Under the pieces are notes generated by a model. The model saw only the letters and a list, made by a program, of their open reading frames with translations. It did no database searches and was not told where the DNA came from. A DNA stretch of 64,000 nt from a virus (lineage: Duplodnaviria > Caudoviricetes). Shown piece after piece: positions 1-9,548 of this stretch. How positions within the stretch are numbered: position 1 is the stretch's first letter; each line of letters begins with the position of its first letter. A program made the position numbers and the translations under genes. The stretch covers positions 61,540-125,539 of the IMG/VR virus record IMGVR_UViG_3300021256_002372, one strand, 5' to 3'.

Positions 1-167
1 TGTCTCCGTACTCTTGCTGTGTGGTCAATGTCTGATTTCCAGAACGCAACAACAGTAGTAAAAACGTATTGCCTCTTAATCGATTCAAAGCCAATCACAC
101 CTTTCAACTAAATAAACAGAATAAACTGCATAAAGCACATTGCAATAAACTCAATCAATGATTTAAT

Positions 168-200
168 AGCTTCAGAGGCGAAACCTCTGAGGCTAATTTT
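168..200. terminator. Stem-loop, probable intrinsic terminator
   Basis: AGCTTCAGAGG-CGAAA-CCTCTGAGGCT followed by an AT/T-rich tail. Confidence 0.55.
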
Positions 201-281
201 ATTACCTCAGCTGTCTCTTTCATTATACCACAGTCTCTGTGAAAAAGCCAGAGGCAAATAAAAAAATTGGAGGAAAATTCT

Positions 282-725
282 ATGAACAGTATTGAGAACA
301 AAACACCTGCCCACCCCACCGTTTACATCTGCAGCCCCCTCCCCCCCGTTTCCACCGATCCTATCTTCCGTGCCAACGAGCTGATCGACAATCTGAAGCT
401 CGCCAAGGACGCGGCTACGTTCGCAACGATCCGCGGCTGTGATCCGATCGCCCCGCACCTCTACTATCCGCAGTTCCTGGATGACAACGATCCGACTGAA
501 CGTCAGCTCGGTATAGAGCTGGGGCTGAAGGCGCTCAGAAGCTGTGACGAGCTGTGGATCGTAAGTAACCGGATCAGCTCCGGCATGAGCGCCGAGATCA
601 AGGAAGCGCAGAAGTGCGGTATCCGCGTGCTGGTGTTCACGAGTGCTGGCTTTAGGGTATATACCGGCAACGGCGACATGACAGACAACTGCCATGTTGA
701 TACCGCTGATGGCGTGATTGACTGA
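282..725 (+). CDS. DUF4406-like / nucleoside deoxyribosyltransferase-like phage protein
   Basis: VYICSP..PIAPHLYYPQFLDD..ERQLG..CDELW..ISSGMSAEI pattern; GGAGG RBS before ATG 282. Confidence 0.7.
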   Translation: MNSIENKTPAHPTVYICSPLPPVSTDPIFRANELIDNLKLAKDAATFATIRGCDPIAPHLYYPQFLDDNDPTERQLGIELGLKALRSCDELWIVSNRISSGMSAEIKEAQKCGIRVLVFTSAGFRVYTGNGDMTDNCHVDTADGVID

Positions 726-786
726 GAACGATACACACTCCTATATAAAGTAAGGACCGGCAGTGGCCGGCGGAAAGGAAATTATT

Positions 787-1536
787 ATGGCAAAGAAGAG
801 AATGGGTGTTTATAATCGCGGAGTAAATGGTATGAAGAAGAACAATGTCGCAGCAAAGTCGATGGACAAGCCGGCCTCGTTCAATGATAAGCTGTCTCTC
901 AAAGAGCTGCTGACGTTGGTCAGCTCCACAAAGGGCGTAGCAATCCCGACCCGCAAAGCACTGAAGGCTACATTTGAGCCGATTGCCGTCTATGTCACCC
1001 GAAACTATCAGGTTTCTATCTATCAGAACGGCTTTGCACTGGCAGAGTCCTGGAAGCGCCATTCGGTATTTCGTGTGGACGCATGCAAGGACTATCACTA
1101 TGACACGGAGCATGAGACACTTGCGAAGCAGAAGAACAGCGCAACCAAGCCGGATATCACGTTTGAGGAATTCCTCGACGAGCCGTGGCCGATACGGATT
1201 TCTCTGACCGCGGGGGACAAGCTGGAGGAGAATAACGATACGGCGGCACGCAGAGCAATTTCTGAGCATCCCGCAATTGCATCTGATGTTCAGCAGTATA
1301 ATCGCTATGTTCACGGTGAATCAGTGGAAAATCAGGTGATTTGGAAGATGAGTACGTTGGAGGCACTGAGTACATTGACAGAACGGCAGCAGGAGGCGAT
1401 GCTTCTTTATTATGTAGAAGGCTATACACAGCAGGAGATCGGCAGAATGCTTGGGATTTCCACAACCGCCGTAAAAAACAGACTTGAAAGCGGACTTCAG
1501 AGAATCCGCAAGCATATCTATGCGATGATGGGCTGA
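787..1536 (+). CDS. Sigma-70 region-4 HTH regulator (paralog 1)
   Basis: C-terminal LTERQQEAMLLYYVEGYTQQEIGRMLGISTTAVKNRL. Confidence 0.8.
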   Translation: MAKKRMGVYNRGVNGMKKNNVAAKSMDKPASFNDKLSLKELLTLVSSTKGVAIPTRKALKATFEPIAVYVTRNYQVSIYQNGFALAESWKRHSVFRVDACKDYHYDTEHETLAKQKNSATKPDITFEEFLDEPWPIRISLTAGDKLEENNDTAARRAISEHPAIASDVQQYNRYVHGESVENQVIWKMSTLEALSTLTERQQEAMLLYYVEGYTQQEIGRMLGISTTAVKNRLESGLQRIRKHIYAMMG

Positions 1537-1780
1537 GATATAGCCTAAATCCATCAAAAGCAAACTAAAAAACATACTGAAGTCAGGGCGCGCACTGGCG
1601 ACAGGTGCTCATATAACAGAACAGAGTTATAAAACCGGGATGGGTCTTGGATTGACCGCCCAATGTACGGGATAACTCTGTCTGCTGAGACATCTGCTGC
1701 CGTGAGCGCCTTTTTGTGGTGCTGTGCGTAGCTGCGTGAGCATCTGCCGCTGGATGTGTTCCTTGCAGAAAGGAACGATT

Positions 1781-2572
1781 ATGGAAAACAAGAATACTTT
1801 TACAGCACAGACTGCTCTCGAAATGCCCGTTGCAACTCCGACTGCGGCTTCGGTGGAACTGCAGCCGATCACGGATAAGACCACACTTGGCGCACTGCTG
1901 AAGATGCTTGATCTTACGCCGGGACAGAGAAAGCCTGATAAGACTCCCACACCGAAGAAACTGCGCACCACAGTTGAGCCTCTTGCGAATATGCATGACT
2001 GCGTACTGTATCGTAACGGTTTCGTCTACTACAACAATGGCTGCAATCACACCGTCCTTTGGCTCCCTTACTGCGTAAGTTTCACCTACCACTTCAATCC
2101 GTTGAAGGATACAGAAAAGGACACTTTGAAAGATAAGGATGAGTTAAAGGATGGGCTGTTGGAAGAGAATCCGTGGGTAACGGCCGCTACATTAATTGCA
2201 GAGCATCGCATTGAGCACCACATGGATAACAACGCCGGTATCGGTCACGCTGACATACCAGATTATGCCGAGGACGAGGATGAGACCAGCATAGATTCTT
2301 ATGTAGCTAAGGATTACCGTTGCATGGAGTTCATGTGGCACGAGGAGCCGATTAACGTAAATCCGCTTGATGCTGTCTGCCGCAAGGAAACCAAGGAAGA
2401 GGTTCTCGCGGCACTGACAGATAAGCAGTTCGAGGTGTTCGTGCTTCATTATCGGGATGGCTATACGCAGAGGGAGATTGCGGAACATCTTCATATTGAT
2501 CAAACGACTGTCAGAGATAGAATTCGTGGTGCAATGAAAAAAATAAAAAATATTTTATCCAATACCCCTTAA
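1781..2572 (+). CDS. Sigma-70 region-4 HTH regulator (paralog 2)
   Basis: C-terminal LTDKQFEVFVLHYRDGYTQREIAEHLHIDQTTVRDRI; AAGGA RBS. Confidence 0.8.
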   Translation: MENKNTFTAQTALEMPVATPTAASVELQPITDKTTLGALLKMLDLTPGQRKPDKTPTPKKLRTTVEPLANMHDCVLYRNGFVYYNNGCNHTVLWLPYCVSFTYHFNPLKDTEKDTLKDKDELKDGLLEENPWVTAATLIAEHRIEHHMDNNAGIGHADIPDYAEDEDETSIDSYVAKDYRCMEFMWHEEPINVNPLDAVCRKETKEEVLAALTDKQFEVFVLHYRDGYTQREIAEHLHIDQTTVRDRIRGAMKKIKNILSNTP

Positions 2573-2602
2573 CGGGTGTCTCCCAGACTATATAGTAGAG
2601 GC
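2563..2602 (+). promoter_or_regulatory. Putative phage-sigma promoter TACCCCT-N19-TATATAGTAGAGGC
   Basis: Same bipartite motif recurs at 18949-18989. Confidence 0.55.
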
Positions 2603-2694
2603 TCATGACAGACCTCCCGGATAAAGCGGCTGCGGACAGGCTACAGCCGCACACCGATTACATGGTCGAAAGACCGCACAGAAAGGAAATGTTT

Positions 2695-3105
2695 ATGGAA
2701 AACGCAAGAAACACAAAGAACCTCCGCAACGCCCGTCGCCTTTCCGCCGAGGACTGCAAGCGTTTGAACGACATGATCGTCGGCGGTGCGTACAAGCGAA
2801 ACAAGCGCAATAAGCTGAACGAGATCGAGGCAGCAATGGACAAGCGTGCCGCAGATATCGCTCTTACTGTCAGCGACATGTTCAAATTCATGGCGATGTC
2901 AGCAGCGATGCTTCCGAACATGGAGCTGGACACCGGCATCATGCGTCTGAAGATTGATGACGGCGGCGTGTTCTTCGAGATCAACGATCCGTACCGTATG
3001 CGCAAGACGATCCGCAAGGACGAGAACCGTGGTGAGGAGCCGGATGAGGCTTTCGATGATGACTGCGATGATGAAGAGGAGGGTCTGCTTTATGACGGAG
3101 ACTAA
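2695..3105 (+). CDS. Hypothetical phage protein with acidic C-terminus
   Basis: ORF with GAAAGGA RBS, overlapping the next gene. Confidence 0.6.
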   Translation: MENARNTKNLRNARRLSAEDCKRLNDMIVGGAYKRNKRNKLNEIEAAMDKRAADIALTVSDMFKFMAMSAAMLPNMELDTGIMRLKIDDGGVFFEINDPYRMRKTIRKDENRGEEPDEAFDDDCDDEEEGLLYDGD

Positions 3106-3541
3106 GAAGACACCGGAACAGCTCCCGGTACAGACACAGAAGCTGATCAGCGGCATCAATCTCATCTTTGCCGGCATCGGTGAGATCCTCAGCGCAATGG
3201 AACCGGATATGGCTAAATCCCTGCAGGCGCTTGCAAGCATGGAAACTGCAAAGGATGCACTGGGCTATGAGGAGCTGCCGACCGGTGAGGACGAGCCTGC
3301 TGCTGAAGCGCCTGCACCGGAACCTGAAAAGAAGAAGGCGGCACCTAAGAAGAAGGCAGCAGACAAGCCTACGGAGCTGACAGTTGATGACCTCATCAAG
3401 GTTGTCACCGGTAAGATCAAGCAGGATCGCGCCAACAAGGAAAAGGTGCTGGGTCTTCTCAAGACTTACGGAGCCGCAAAGATCAGCGATGTTCCGGCGG
3501 ACAAATACGAAGCCTTCCTCACCGACCTGTCGCAGATCTGA
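3092..3541 (+). CDS. Hypothetical phage replication-module protein
   Basis: C-terminal LLKTYGAAKISDVPADKYEAFL typical of the gene preceding DUF2800; GAGGAGG RBS. Confidence 0.7.
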   Translation: MTETKKTPEQLPVQTQKLISGINLIFAGIGEILSAMEPDMAKSLQALASMETAKDALGYEELPTGEDEPAAEAPAPEPEKKKAAPKKKAADKPTELTVDDLIKVVTGKIKQDRANKEKVLGLLKTYGAAKISDVPADKYEAFLTDLSQI

Positions 3542-3550
3542 GGTGACTGA

Positions 3551-4801
3551 ATGCCGGATGTACACGCGCTGTTAAGCGCATCCAGTTCCAAGCAGTGGCT
3601 GCACTGCCCGCCGTCAATCCGCCTGCAACAGAACTTCCCCAATGTAAGCTCCGTCTATGCCGAAGAAGGCACGTTTGCGCACGAGGTCTGTGAATACAAG
3701 GTACGCAAGTATCTGAAGGAACGGGTCAAACGCCCGCAGTCCGAGGAATACGATACTGAGGAGATCGAGCAGATCACCGATGTGTATGCGGAATTTGTCA
3801 TTTCCATTATTGAGGAGATGAAGGCAAACGGCTGTGAACCGCTGGCATTTGTCGAGGAACGTGTGAATTACAGCCACATCGCACCTTCCGGCTTCGGCAC
3901 CGCAGATATGCTCATCATCGGCAAGGATGCTGATGGCAAAGGTCTGCTTCATGTATGTGATTTCAAGACGGGAAAGGGCGTGTTTGTGGATGCAGACCAC
4001 AACAGCCAGATGATGCTCTATGCGCTCGGAGGTTTAGCCGCCTATGGCTTTCTGTATGATATTGAGAACGTCCGCATGAGCATCATCCAGCCCCGTCTGG
4101 ATAATATCTCTACGTTTGAGTGTACCCGTCAGGAGCTGGAGGACTGGGGCGAGAGCATCAAGCCCATTGCAAAGCTGGCATACGAGGGCAAGGGTGTGCA
4201 GCATCCCGGTGACTGGTGCCGGTTCTGCCGTGCGAAGCCCGTCTGCAAGGCTTGTGCCGACGAAGCACTGGCGCTCTGCCGCGAGGATTTTCTCGATCTG
4301 GATGCCGGTGCGCTGGACAGCTCCGCAGAGGAAAGCGATATGACAGCACCCTATGAAGCAGACACGGAGACCGCTGTTTTCAAGCAGCCGGGACTGATAC
4401 CGCTTTCAGAGCTGGCAGAGATCCTGCCGACACTGAACCGCATCAGCTCGTGGATCGAGGCAGTCTTTGCATTCGTCAGCGGTGAAGCCATCAACCACGG
4501 AGTGCCGATTCCCGGCTACAAGGTGGTCGAAGGCCGCAGTAAGCGTATCTTCACAGATACCAAAGCTGTGGTCGATGTTGCCGTACAGAATGGCTACACC
4601 GATCTGTACAAGCAGACGCTCATCACGCTGACCGAATTCGAGAAGATGATGGGCAAAAAGAAATTCAATGAACTGCTCGGTGAGTATGTCGCCAAGCCGC
4701 CCGGAAAGCTGGCACTTGTGCCGGAAAGCGATCCGCGTGAGCCTGTTGATCTCACCGCAGCACCCGATCAGGAATTTGCAGTCCTTCCCGATGAGGACTG
4801 A
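3551..4801 (+). CDS. DUF2800 family PD-(D/E)XK (Cas4-like) nuclease
   Basis: HALLSASSS..WLHCPPS, GTAD, DFKTG, WCRFC..C. Confidence 0.88.
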   Translation: MPDVHALLSASSSKQWLHCPPSIRLQQNFPNVSSVYAEEGTFAHEVCEYKVRKYLKERVKRPQSEEYDTEEIEQITDVYAEFVISIIEEMKANGCEPLAFVEERVNYSHIAPSGFGTADMLIIGKDADGKGLLHVCDFKTGKGVFVDADHNSQMMLYALGGLAAYGFLYDIENVRMSIIQPRLDNISTFECTRQELEDWGESIKPIAKLAYEGKGVQHPGDWCRFCRAKPVCKACADEALALCREDFLDLDAGALDSSAEESDMTAPYEADTETAVFKQPGLIPLSELAEILPTLNRISSWIEAVFAFVSGEAINHGVPIPGYKVVEGRSKRIFTDTKAVVDVAVQNGYTDLYKQTLITLTEFEKMMGKKKFNELLGEYVAKPPGKLALVPESDPREPVDLTAAPDQEFAVLPDED

Positions 4802-4823
4802 CACACAATCAGGAGGTAAATCT

Positions 4824-5408
4824 ATGGCAACCAATAACACAGCACCCGCAACCAAGGTCGTCGTTCCGTGCCGCATCTCGTTTGCGAATATCTGGGAACC
4901 TAAGAGCATCAACGGCAGCGAGGAGAAGTATTCCGTCTCCTGCCTGATCCCGAAGGAGGATAAGGCGACGCTCGCCAAGATCAAGAAGGCGATCGAAGCC
5001 GCAAAGGAGGCGGCGAAGGAGAAGAAGTGGAACGGCAAGATGCCGCCCAATCTCAAGATGCCGATTCATGACGGTGATATCGACCGCCCCGATGACGAGA
5101 ACTACGCCGGTCACTTCTTCTTCAATGCCACTTCCAAGGATGCGCCGCAGATCGTTGACCGCAAGGTACAGCCGATCCTCGATCCGATGGAGTGCGGCAG
5201 CGGTGACTACTGCAATGTATCCGTCAACTTCTTCGGCTTTGCGGCATCCGGCAACAAGGGCATCGCAGCAGGTCTCCAGAATATCCAGCTTGTGCGCCAC
5301 GGTGAGCGTCTCGCCGGTAAGCCTTCCGCTGCATCCGATTTTTCGGAGATCGAGGGCGAGGAGGAGATCGACATCTCCGCAGAGGACGATATGGATTTCC
5401 TGAACTGA
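4824..5408 (+). CDS. DUF2815 family ssDNA-binding protein
   Basis: SFANIWEPKSING..KYSVSCLIPK..GNKGIAAGLQNIQ and acidic tail. Confidence 0.88.
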   Translation: MATNNTAPATKVVVPCRISFANIWEPKSINGSEEKYSVSCLIPKEDKATLAKIKKAIEAAKEAAKEKKWNGKMPPNLKMPIHDGDIDRPDDENYAGHFFFNATSKDAPQIVDRKVQPILDPMECGSGDYCNVSVNFFGFAASGNKGIAAGLQNIQLVRHGERLAGKPSAASDFSEIEGEEEIDISAEDDMDFLN

Positions 5409-5462
5409 GATGCTTTGAGGGAGGCATGTCCTCCCTTTACATATTTGCAAGAAAGGAGGCAG

Positions 5463-7424
5463 ATGGACATGCGCAGAAAGAGGCTTCAGATCGATATCGA
5501 GACCTATTCCGATGTTGATCTGGTGACTTGCGGTGTGTACCGCTATGTGGAGGGTGACTTCCATATTCTGCTGTTTGCCTATGCTTTTGACGATGAGGAT
5601 GTGCAGTGCGTAGACCTTGCCTGTGGCGAACAGCTCCCGCAGGAGGTTGTGGATGCGATCCATGACAGCAGTATCATCAAAGCCGCATGGAATGCGCAAT
5701 TTGAGCGCATCTGCTTATCGAAATACTTTAACACACAGCTCAGTCCCGATGACTGGCAGTGTTCTATGGTCTGGGCGGCATCATTGTCCCTGCCGCTGAA
5801 GCTGAAATATGCTGCTTTGGCATTAAAGACCGGTGAGCAGAAAGATGATGTCGGTGAACGGCTGATCCGTTACTTTTCCATTCCCTGTAAGCCGACCAAA
5901 TCCAACGGCGGCAGGACACGCAACCTCTCGGAACATGCACCGGAGGACTGGAAATTATTCAAATCCTACTGTATTCAGGATGTAAGGACAGAGCGTGATA
6001 TCCGCTACCGGCTGGAGAAGTTCCCGCTGCTTCCGCAGGAATGGAACTACTACCACATGGATCAGCGCATCAATGACAGAGGTGTCCTGATCGACAAGGA
6101 GCTGGTGCAGCAGGCGATCACCTGTGACATGATGCTTTCCGAGGAGATGACGCAGAAGGCGTATGCGCTGACCGGGCTTGAGAATCCGAATTCTGTATCG
6201 CAGCTCAAGGCCTGGCTGGAAGATCGCGGCATCGAGGTCGATTCCCTCGGCAAGAAAGATGTAGCATCGCTCATATCCGATCTGGACAAGCACAGTATAG
6301 ATTCAGATGCGCTGGATATGATGAAGCTCCGCCTGCAAATGGCGAAGTCCTCTGTGAAAAAATACCAAGCGGCGGAACGTTACATCTGTCAGGACGGCAG
6401 GGCGCACGGTTTGTTCCAGTTTTCCGGAGCGAACCGCACGCAGCGATGGGCAGGACGCGGCATTCAATTGCAGAATCTGCCTCAGAACCACATCGCAACG
6501 CTTGATGAAGCTCGTGAGCTTGTAAAGATGGGCTGTTTCGACATGATCGAAACGCTCTACGGAAATACGCCGGATATCCTGTCTCAGCTTATCCGAACGA
6601 TGCTGATTGCAAAGCCCGGACACATCTTTATCATCGCGGACTTTAGTGCGATTGAAGCGCGGGTGCTGGCGTGGCTTGCCGGGGAACAATGGCGGCTCGA
6701 TGCTTTCAAATCCGGACAAGACATCTACTGTGCGTCGGCATCACAGATGTTCGGTGTCCCAGTTGTGAAGCATGGCATCAATGGTGAATTGAGACAAAAA
6801 GGTAAGGTTGCGGAGCTCGCCTGCGGATACGGTGGGGCTGCCGGGGCGCTGATCTCAATGGGTGCATTGGATATGGGACTGAAAGAGGATGAATTACCGG
6901 ATATTATATCATCATGGCGTGAAGCCAATCCGGAGATCGTCAAATTCTGGTACGCGGTGGAGAAAGCCGCCATCGAAACGGTCAAAGATCACACGGAGCG
7001 AACGGTCGGCAGGATCGGATTCCGGTTTGCGGCGAACACCCTCTGGATCGTTCTCCCGTCCGGCCGCAGTCTTGCCTACATCAAGCCCAAGCTCCAACCG
7101 AATCGTTTCGGGCGTATGGCACTGACCTTTGAAGGCTTGGGTGCCAACAACAAGTGGGTGCGGCAGGAGACCTACTCGGGCAAGCTGACCGAGAACATCA
7201 CACAGGCGACTGCCCGCGATCTGCTTGCCGAAGCCATGTGGAGGATGGAGCAGGCAGGACTGGATATTGTCGGACACGTTCATGATGAGGTCATTCTGGA
7301 AGTGCCGGAGGGCAGCATCACCGTGGACGAGGTCTGCGGTATTATGAACCGGAATCCGAAGTGGGCGGACGGCTTGCCTTTGGCATCCGCAGGATATACC
7401 GGACTTTGGTACTACAAATCGTAA
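5463..7424 (+). CDS. Phage family A DNA polymerase (last codons altered by RIT insertion)
   Basis: Exo I DIETYS, motif A DFSAIEARVLAW, motif B RQKGKVAELACGYG, motif C HVHDE. Confidence 0.95.
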   Translation: MDMRRKRLQIDIETYSDVDLVTCGVYRYVEGDFHILLFAYAFDDEDVQCVDLACGEQLPQEVVDAIHDSSIIKAAWNAQFERICLSKYFNTQLSPDDWQCSMVWAASLSLPLKLKYAALALKTGEQKDDVGERLIRYFSIPCKPTKSNGGRTRNLSEHAPEDWKLFKSYCIQDVRTERDIRYRLEKFPLLPQEWNYYHMDQRINDRGVLIDKELVQQAITCDMMLSEEMTQKAYALTGLENPNSVSQLKAWLEDRGIEVDSLGKKDVASLISDLDKHSIDSDALDMMKLRLQMAKSSVKKYQAAERYICQDGRAHGLFQFSGANRTQRWAGRGIQLQNLPQNHIATLDEARELVKMGCFDMIETLYGNTPDILSQLIRTMLIAKPGHIFIIADFSAIEARVLAWLAGEQWRLDAFKSGQDIYCASASQMFGVPVVKHGINGELRQKGKVAELACGYGGAAGALISMGALDMGLKEDELPDIISSWREANPEIVKFWYAVEKAAIETVKDHTERTVGRIGFRFAANTLWIVLPSGRSLAYIKPKLQPNRFGRMALTFEGLGANNKWVRQETYSGKLTENITQATARDLLAEAMWRMEQAGLDIVGHVHDEVILEVPEGSITVDEVCGIMNRNPKWADGLPLASAGYTGLWYYKS

Positions 7425-7437
7425 GTTTACGATTTGT

Positions 7438-7473
7438 AATATTATCGTGTACAAAAAATTATCCTCAGCTTTT
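7438..7473 (+). repeat. RIT terminal inverted repeat (left)
   Basis: AATATTATCGTGTACAAAAAATTATCCTCAGCTTTT. Confidence 0.9.
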
Positions 7474-7546
7474 TCTGAATACGAGCAAATTCACTCGGTT
7501 TCAAAATAAAGTTGAGGATAATTATTTAAGATGAATTGATTAATGG

Positions 7547-8581
7547 TTATCTGAGGCCACAAAGTCTGGCCATTGTTTCCTCGTCATTTATGATAGAAGT
7601 AATCTCTTCCATATCTGCCGATGGAGCGGGCTGAACCCTTTCCATTGCCTCGCGCATTTTGTCTATAGATGGCAGAGCATAGATTCTCGTTGTTTCTATC
7701 TGCTCATGGCCAAGAAATGTTGCTATCATCAGAGGATCCACACCTTCCTGATAAAGATTGGTAGCTCGTTCAGCTCTGAGAAGATGCGGATACACTCGCT
7801 CTGGAAGCCTTCTTCCTTGATCTCGTAATTCATCTGAATACTTTCTGACAATTCGTCTGATTGTTGCTGTGCTGATACGATCCAATTTGCCTTTAATAAC
7901 GGTATAGAAAAGCCATCCTTCAGAATTCTCGGTGGAACATGGATGATACAGACTAATGTATTTCCGTAAATGTGTAGCTGTATTTTTGCTTATTGCTACA
8001 TCGCGCTCCTTACGTCCTTTACCATGTACATGAATGCAGAGAGTTTCAAAATTAATATCATCGAGATGAAGAGTTGTGAGTTCCTGTACTCTAACAGCCG
8101 CATCATAGAGCAAAATTAGAATGGTACGGTCACGAATTCCGAAACGAGTTGCTGGAGGTTGAGCAAGAAGGGCTTCCAGATCCTCTTCAACAAGTAGATT
8201 CTTTTCGCGTTTAGGAACCTTCTGTGATCTTACTTTTGATACATTGAGAGCAACTGATTCCAGCGACACATCATTGTCCGCACAATACTGCACATATGTT
8301 TTAATCGCAGACAGTCTGACATTACATGTCGAAATTCCATTGCCGTTATCTTTAAGATACGCTATAAAGTCAAGAAGGAAATCTTTAGTGCAATCCTTAA
8401 ACTGAAATTTCATGATAGAAATCTTACGGTAATTCACCACATATCTGCGAAATGCGGACAAGGAATCGGTATATGAACGAATCGTCTCTGGGCTTTTCCC
8501 TAACTGCTTATCTAGATAGGTTGTAAAAAAGGAGAGTGTTCTCGAAAAGAAGCAGTCCTTTCCCAATGATTTAGCTTTCAT
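7547..8581 (-). CDS. Tyrosine recombinase (RitC-like)
   Basis: RDR..AAVRVQE, GKGRK, HLLR, LGH, TRIY; GGAGG RBS before ATG 8581. Confidence 0.9.
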   Translation of the reverse strand: MKAKSLGKDCFFSRTLSFFTTYLDKQLGKSPETIRSYTDSLSAFRRYVVNYRKISIMKFQFKDCTKDFLLDFIAYLKDNGNGISTCNVRLSAIKTYVQYCADNDVSLESVALNVSKVRSQKVPKREKNLLVEEDLEALLAQPPATRFGIRDRTILILLYDAAVRVQELTTLHLDDINFETLCIHVHGKGRKERDVAISKNTATHLRKYISLYHPCSTENSEGWLFYTVIKGKLDRISTATIRRIVRKYSDELRDQGRRLPERVYPHLLRAERATNLYQEGVDPLMIATFLGHEQIETTRIYALPSIDKMREAMERVQPAPSADMEEITSIINDEETMARLCGLR

Positions 8582-9548
8582 ACTGCACCTCCGGTATAAT
8601 TCGATTTGAAATTGTGTCTTTCCTGTGTATAGTGTCAAGGGCTTCCTGTGCTTGATGATAGTAGTATAATGATTCATGAATTGAAGCATGCCCTAGAAAC
8701 TTGCTGAGGTACGGGAGCATTTTTTCTGGATCAATTCCTTCCGCAATCCATCCATTGATTCTGTCAACAACAAAAGTATGCCGAAAAGACTTTATCGTAG
8801 GAGGATTGCTCAAATCGGAAAACCGAGTAGCCCGCCACGTTCTCAGAAAATAATCTCTAACCGTAACAGGATCAATACTTTTTCCTGCTTTGGTACCAGG
8901 AAAAAGAAGTGTCTCAGTGGGGCATTCTGATAAGATATATTTTTTGTACTCATCAAGCATTCGCATAATATCATCGGTGACCCAGAGCTTTCTGTCCTTG
9001 TCACCTTTTGAGTGATAAATATGAATTGATGATTCATTAAAATCGATATACTCCCATTTCAACGCTAATGGTTCTGACAGACGCATTCCACAACAATAAT
9101 ATAGCCTGAACAGAACCCTACATTCTTCCTTGAATCGAGAGCCAGTACTATTCTTAGCAGGCTGTAAATTGTCAAGTTTTTCAAAAAAATCTATGCGTTC
9201 ATCGTTTGTGAATATGTGTGGATTCTTTGAAGTGGTTGCTTGTGTCAGTTGAGGAAGATATGCATATTCTCCAAGAGACAGTATATATTTTGACAACTGC
9301 CTGATCACGCTTACTCTAACATATCTTGCATTTAGACCCTCTGTTTCGCGTTGAATTGACCACGCATCAGATATTTCTTTTGTTACTGTTGTCTCAGAAT
9401 AATCGTTCTGAACACAAAAGGTATCAAATTCCTTCAAAACGTCAGAATTCGAGCTGTACGCAAATCCTGATGCACGCTTTTCAGTTATCAGCCCTATTAT
9501 GTGAGGTGCGAGTTTACTTGAATATGCATAATCACGTTGAGGCTTCAC
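8571..9548 (-). CDS. Tyrosine recombinase (RitB-like)
   Basis: GMRLSE, SKGDK, SFRHTF, LPYLSKFLGH, YYY. Confidence 0.9.
   Translation of the reverse strand: MKPQRDYAYSSKLAPHIIGLITEKRASGFAYSSNSDVLKEFDTFCVQNDYSETTVTKEISDAWSIQRETEGLNARYVRVSVIRQLSKYILSLGEYAYLPQLTQATTSKNPHIFTNDERIDFFEKLDNLQPAKNSTGSRFKEECRVLFRLYYCCGMRLSEPLALKWEYIDFNESSIHIYHSKGDKDRKLWVTDDIMRMLDEYKKYILSECPTETLLFPGTKAGKSIDPVTVRDYFLRTWRATRFSDLSNPPTIKSFRHTFVVDRINGWIAEGIDPEKMLPYLSKFLGHASIHESLYYYHQAQEALDTIHRKDTISNRIIPEVQYES

Noticed and set aside
1-266. attL of the prophage
   Set aside because: No partner repeat or integrase in the window; only a hairpin and a possible leftward TGGCTT-N17-TATAAT promoter are visible
7445-7460. Link between TGTACAA in the RIT repeats and the TGTACA dyads of the cassette array
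   Set aside because: Only 6-7 bp are shared, and the AT-rich RIT looks like a recent independent arrival
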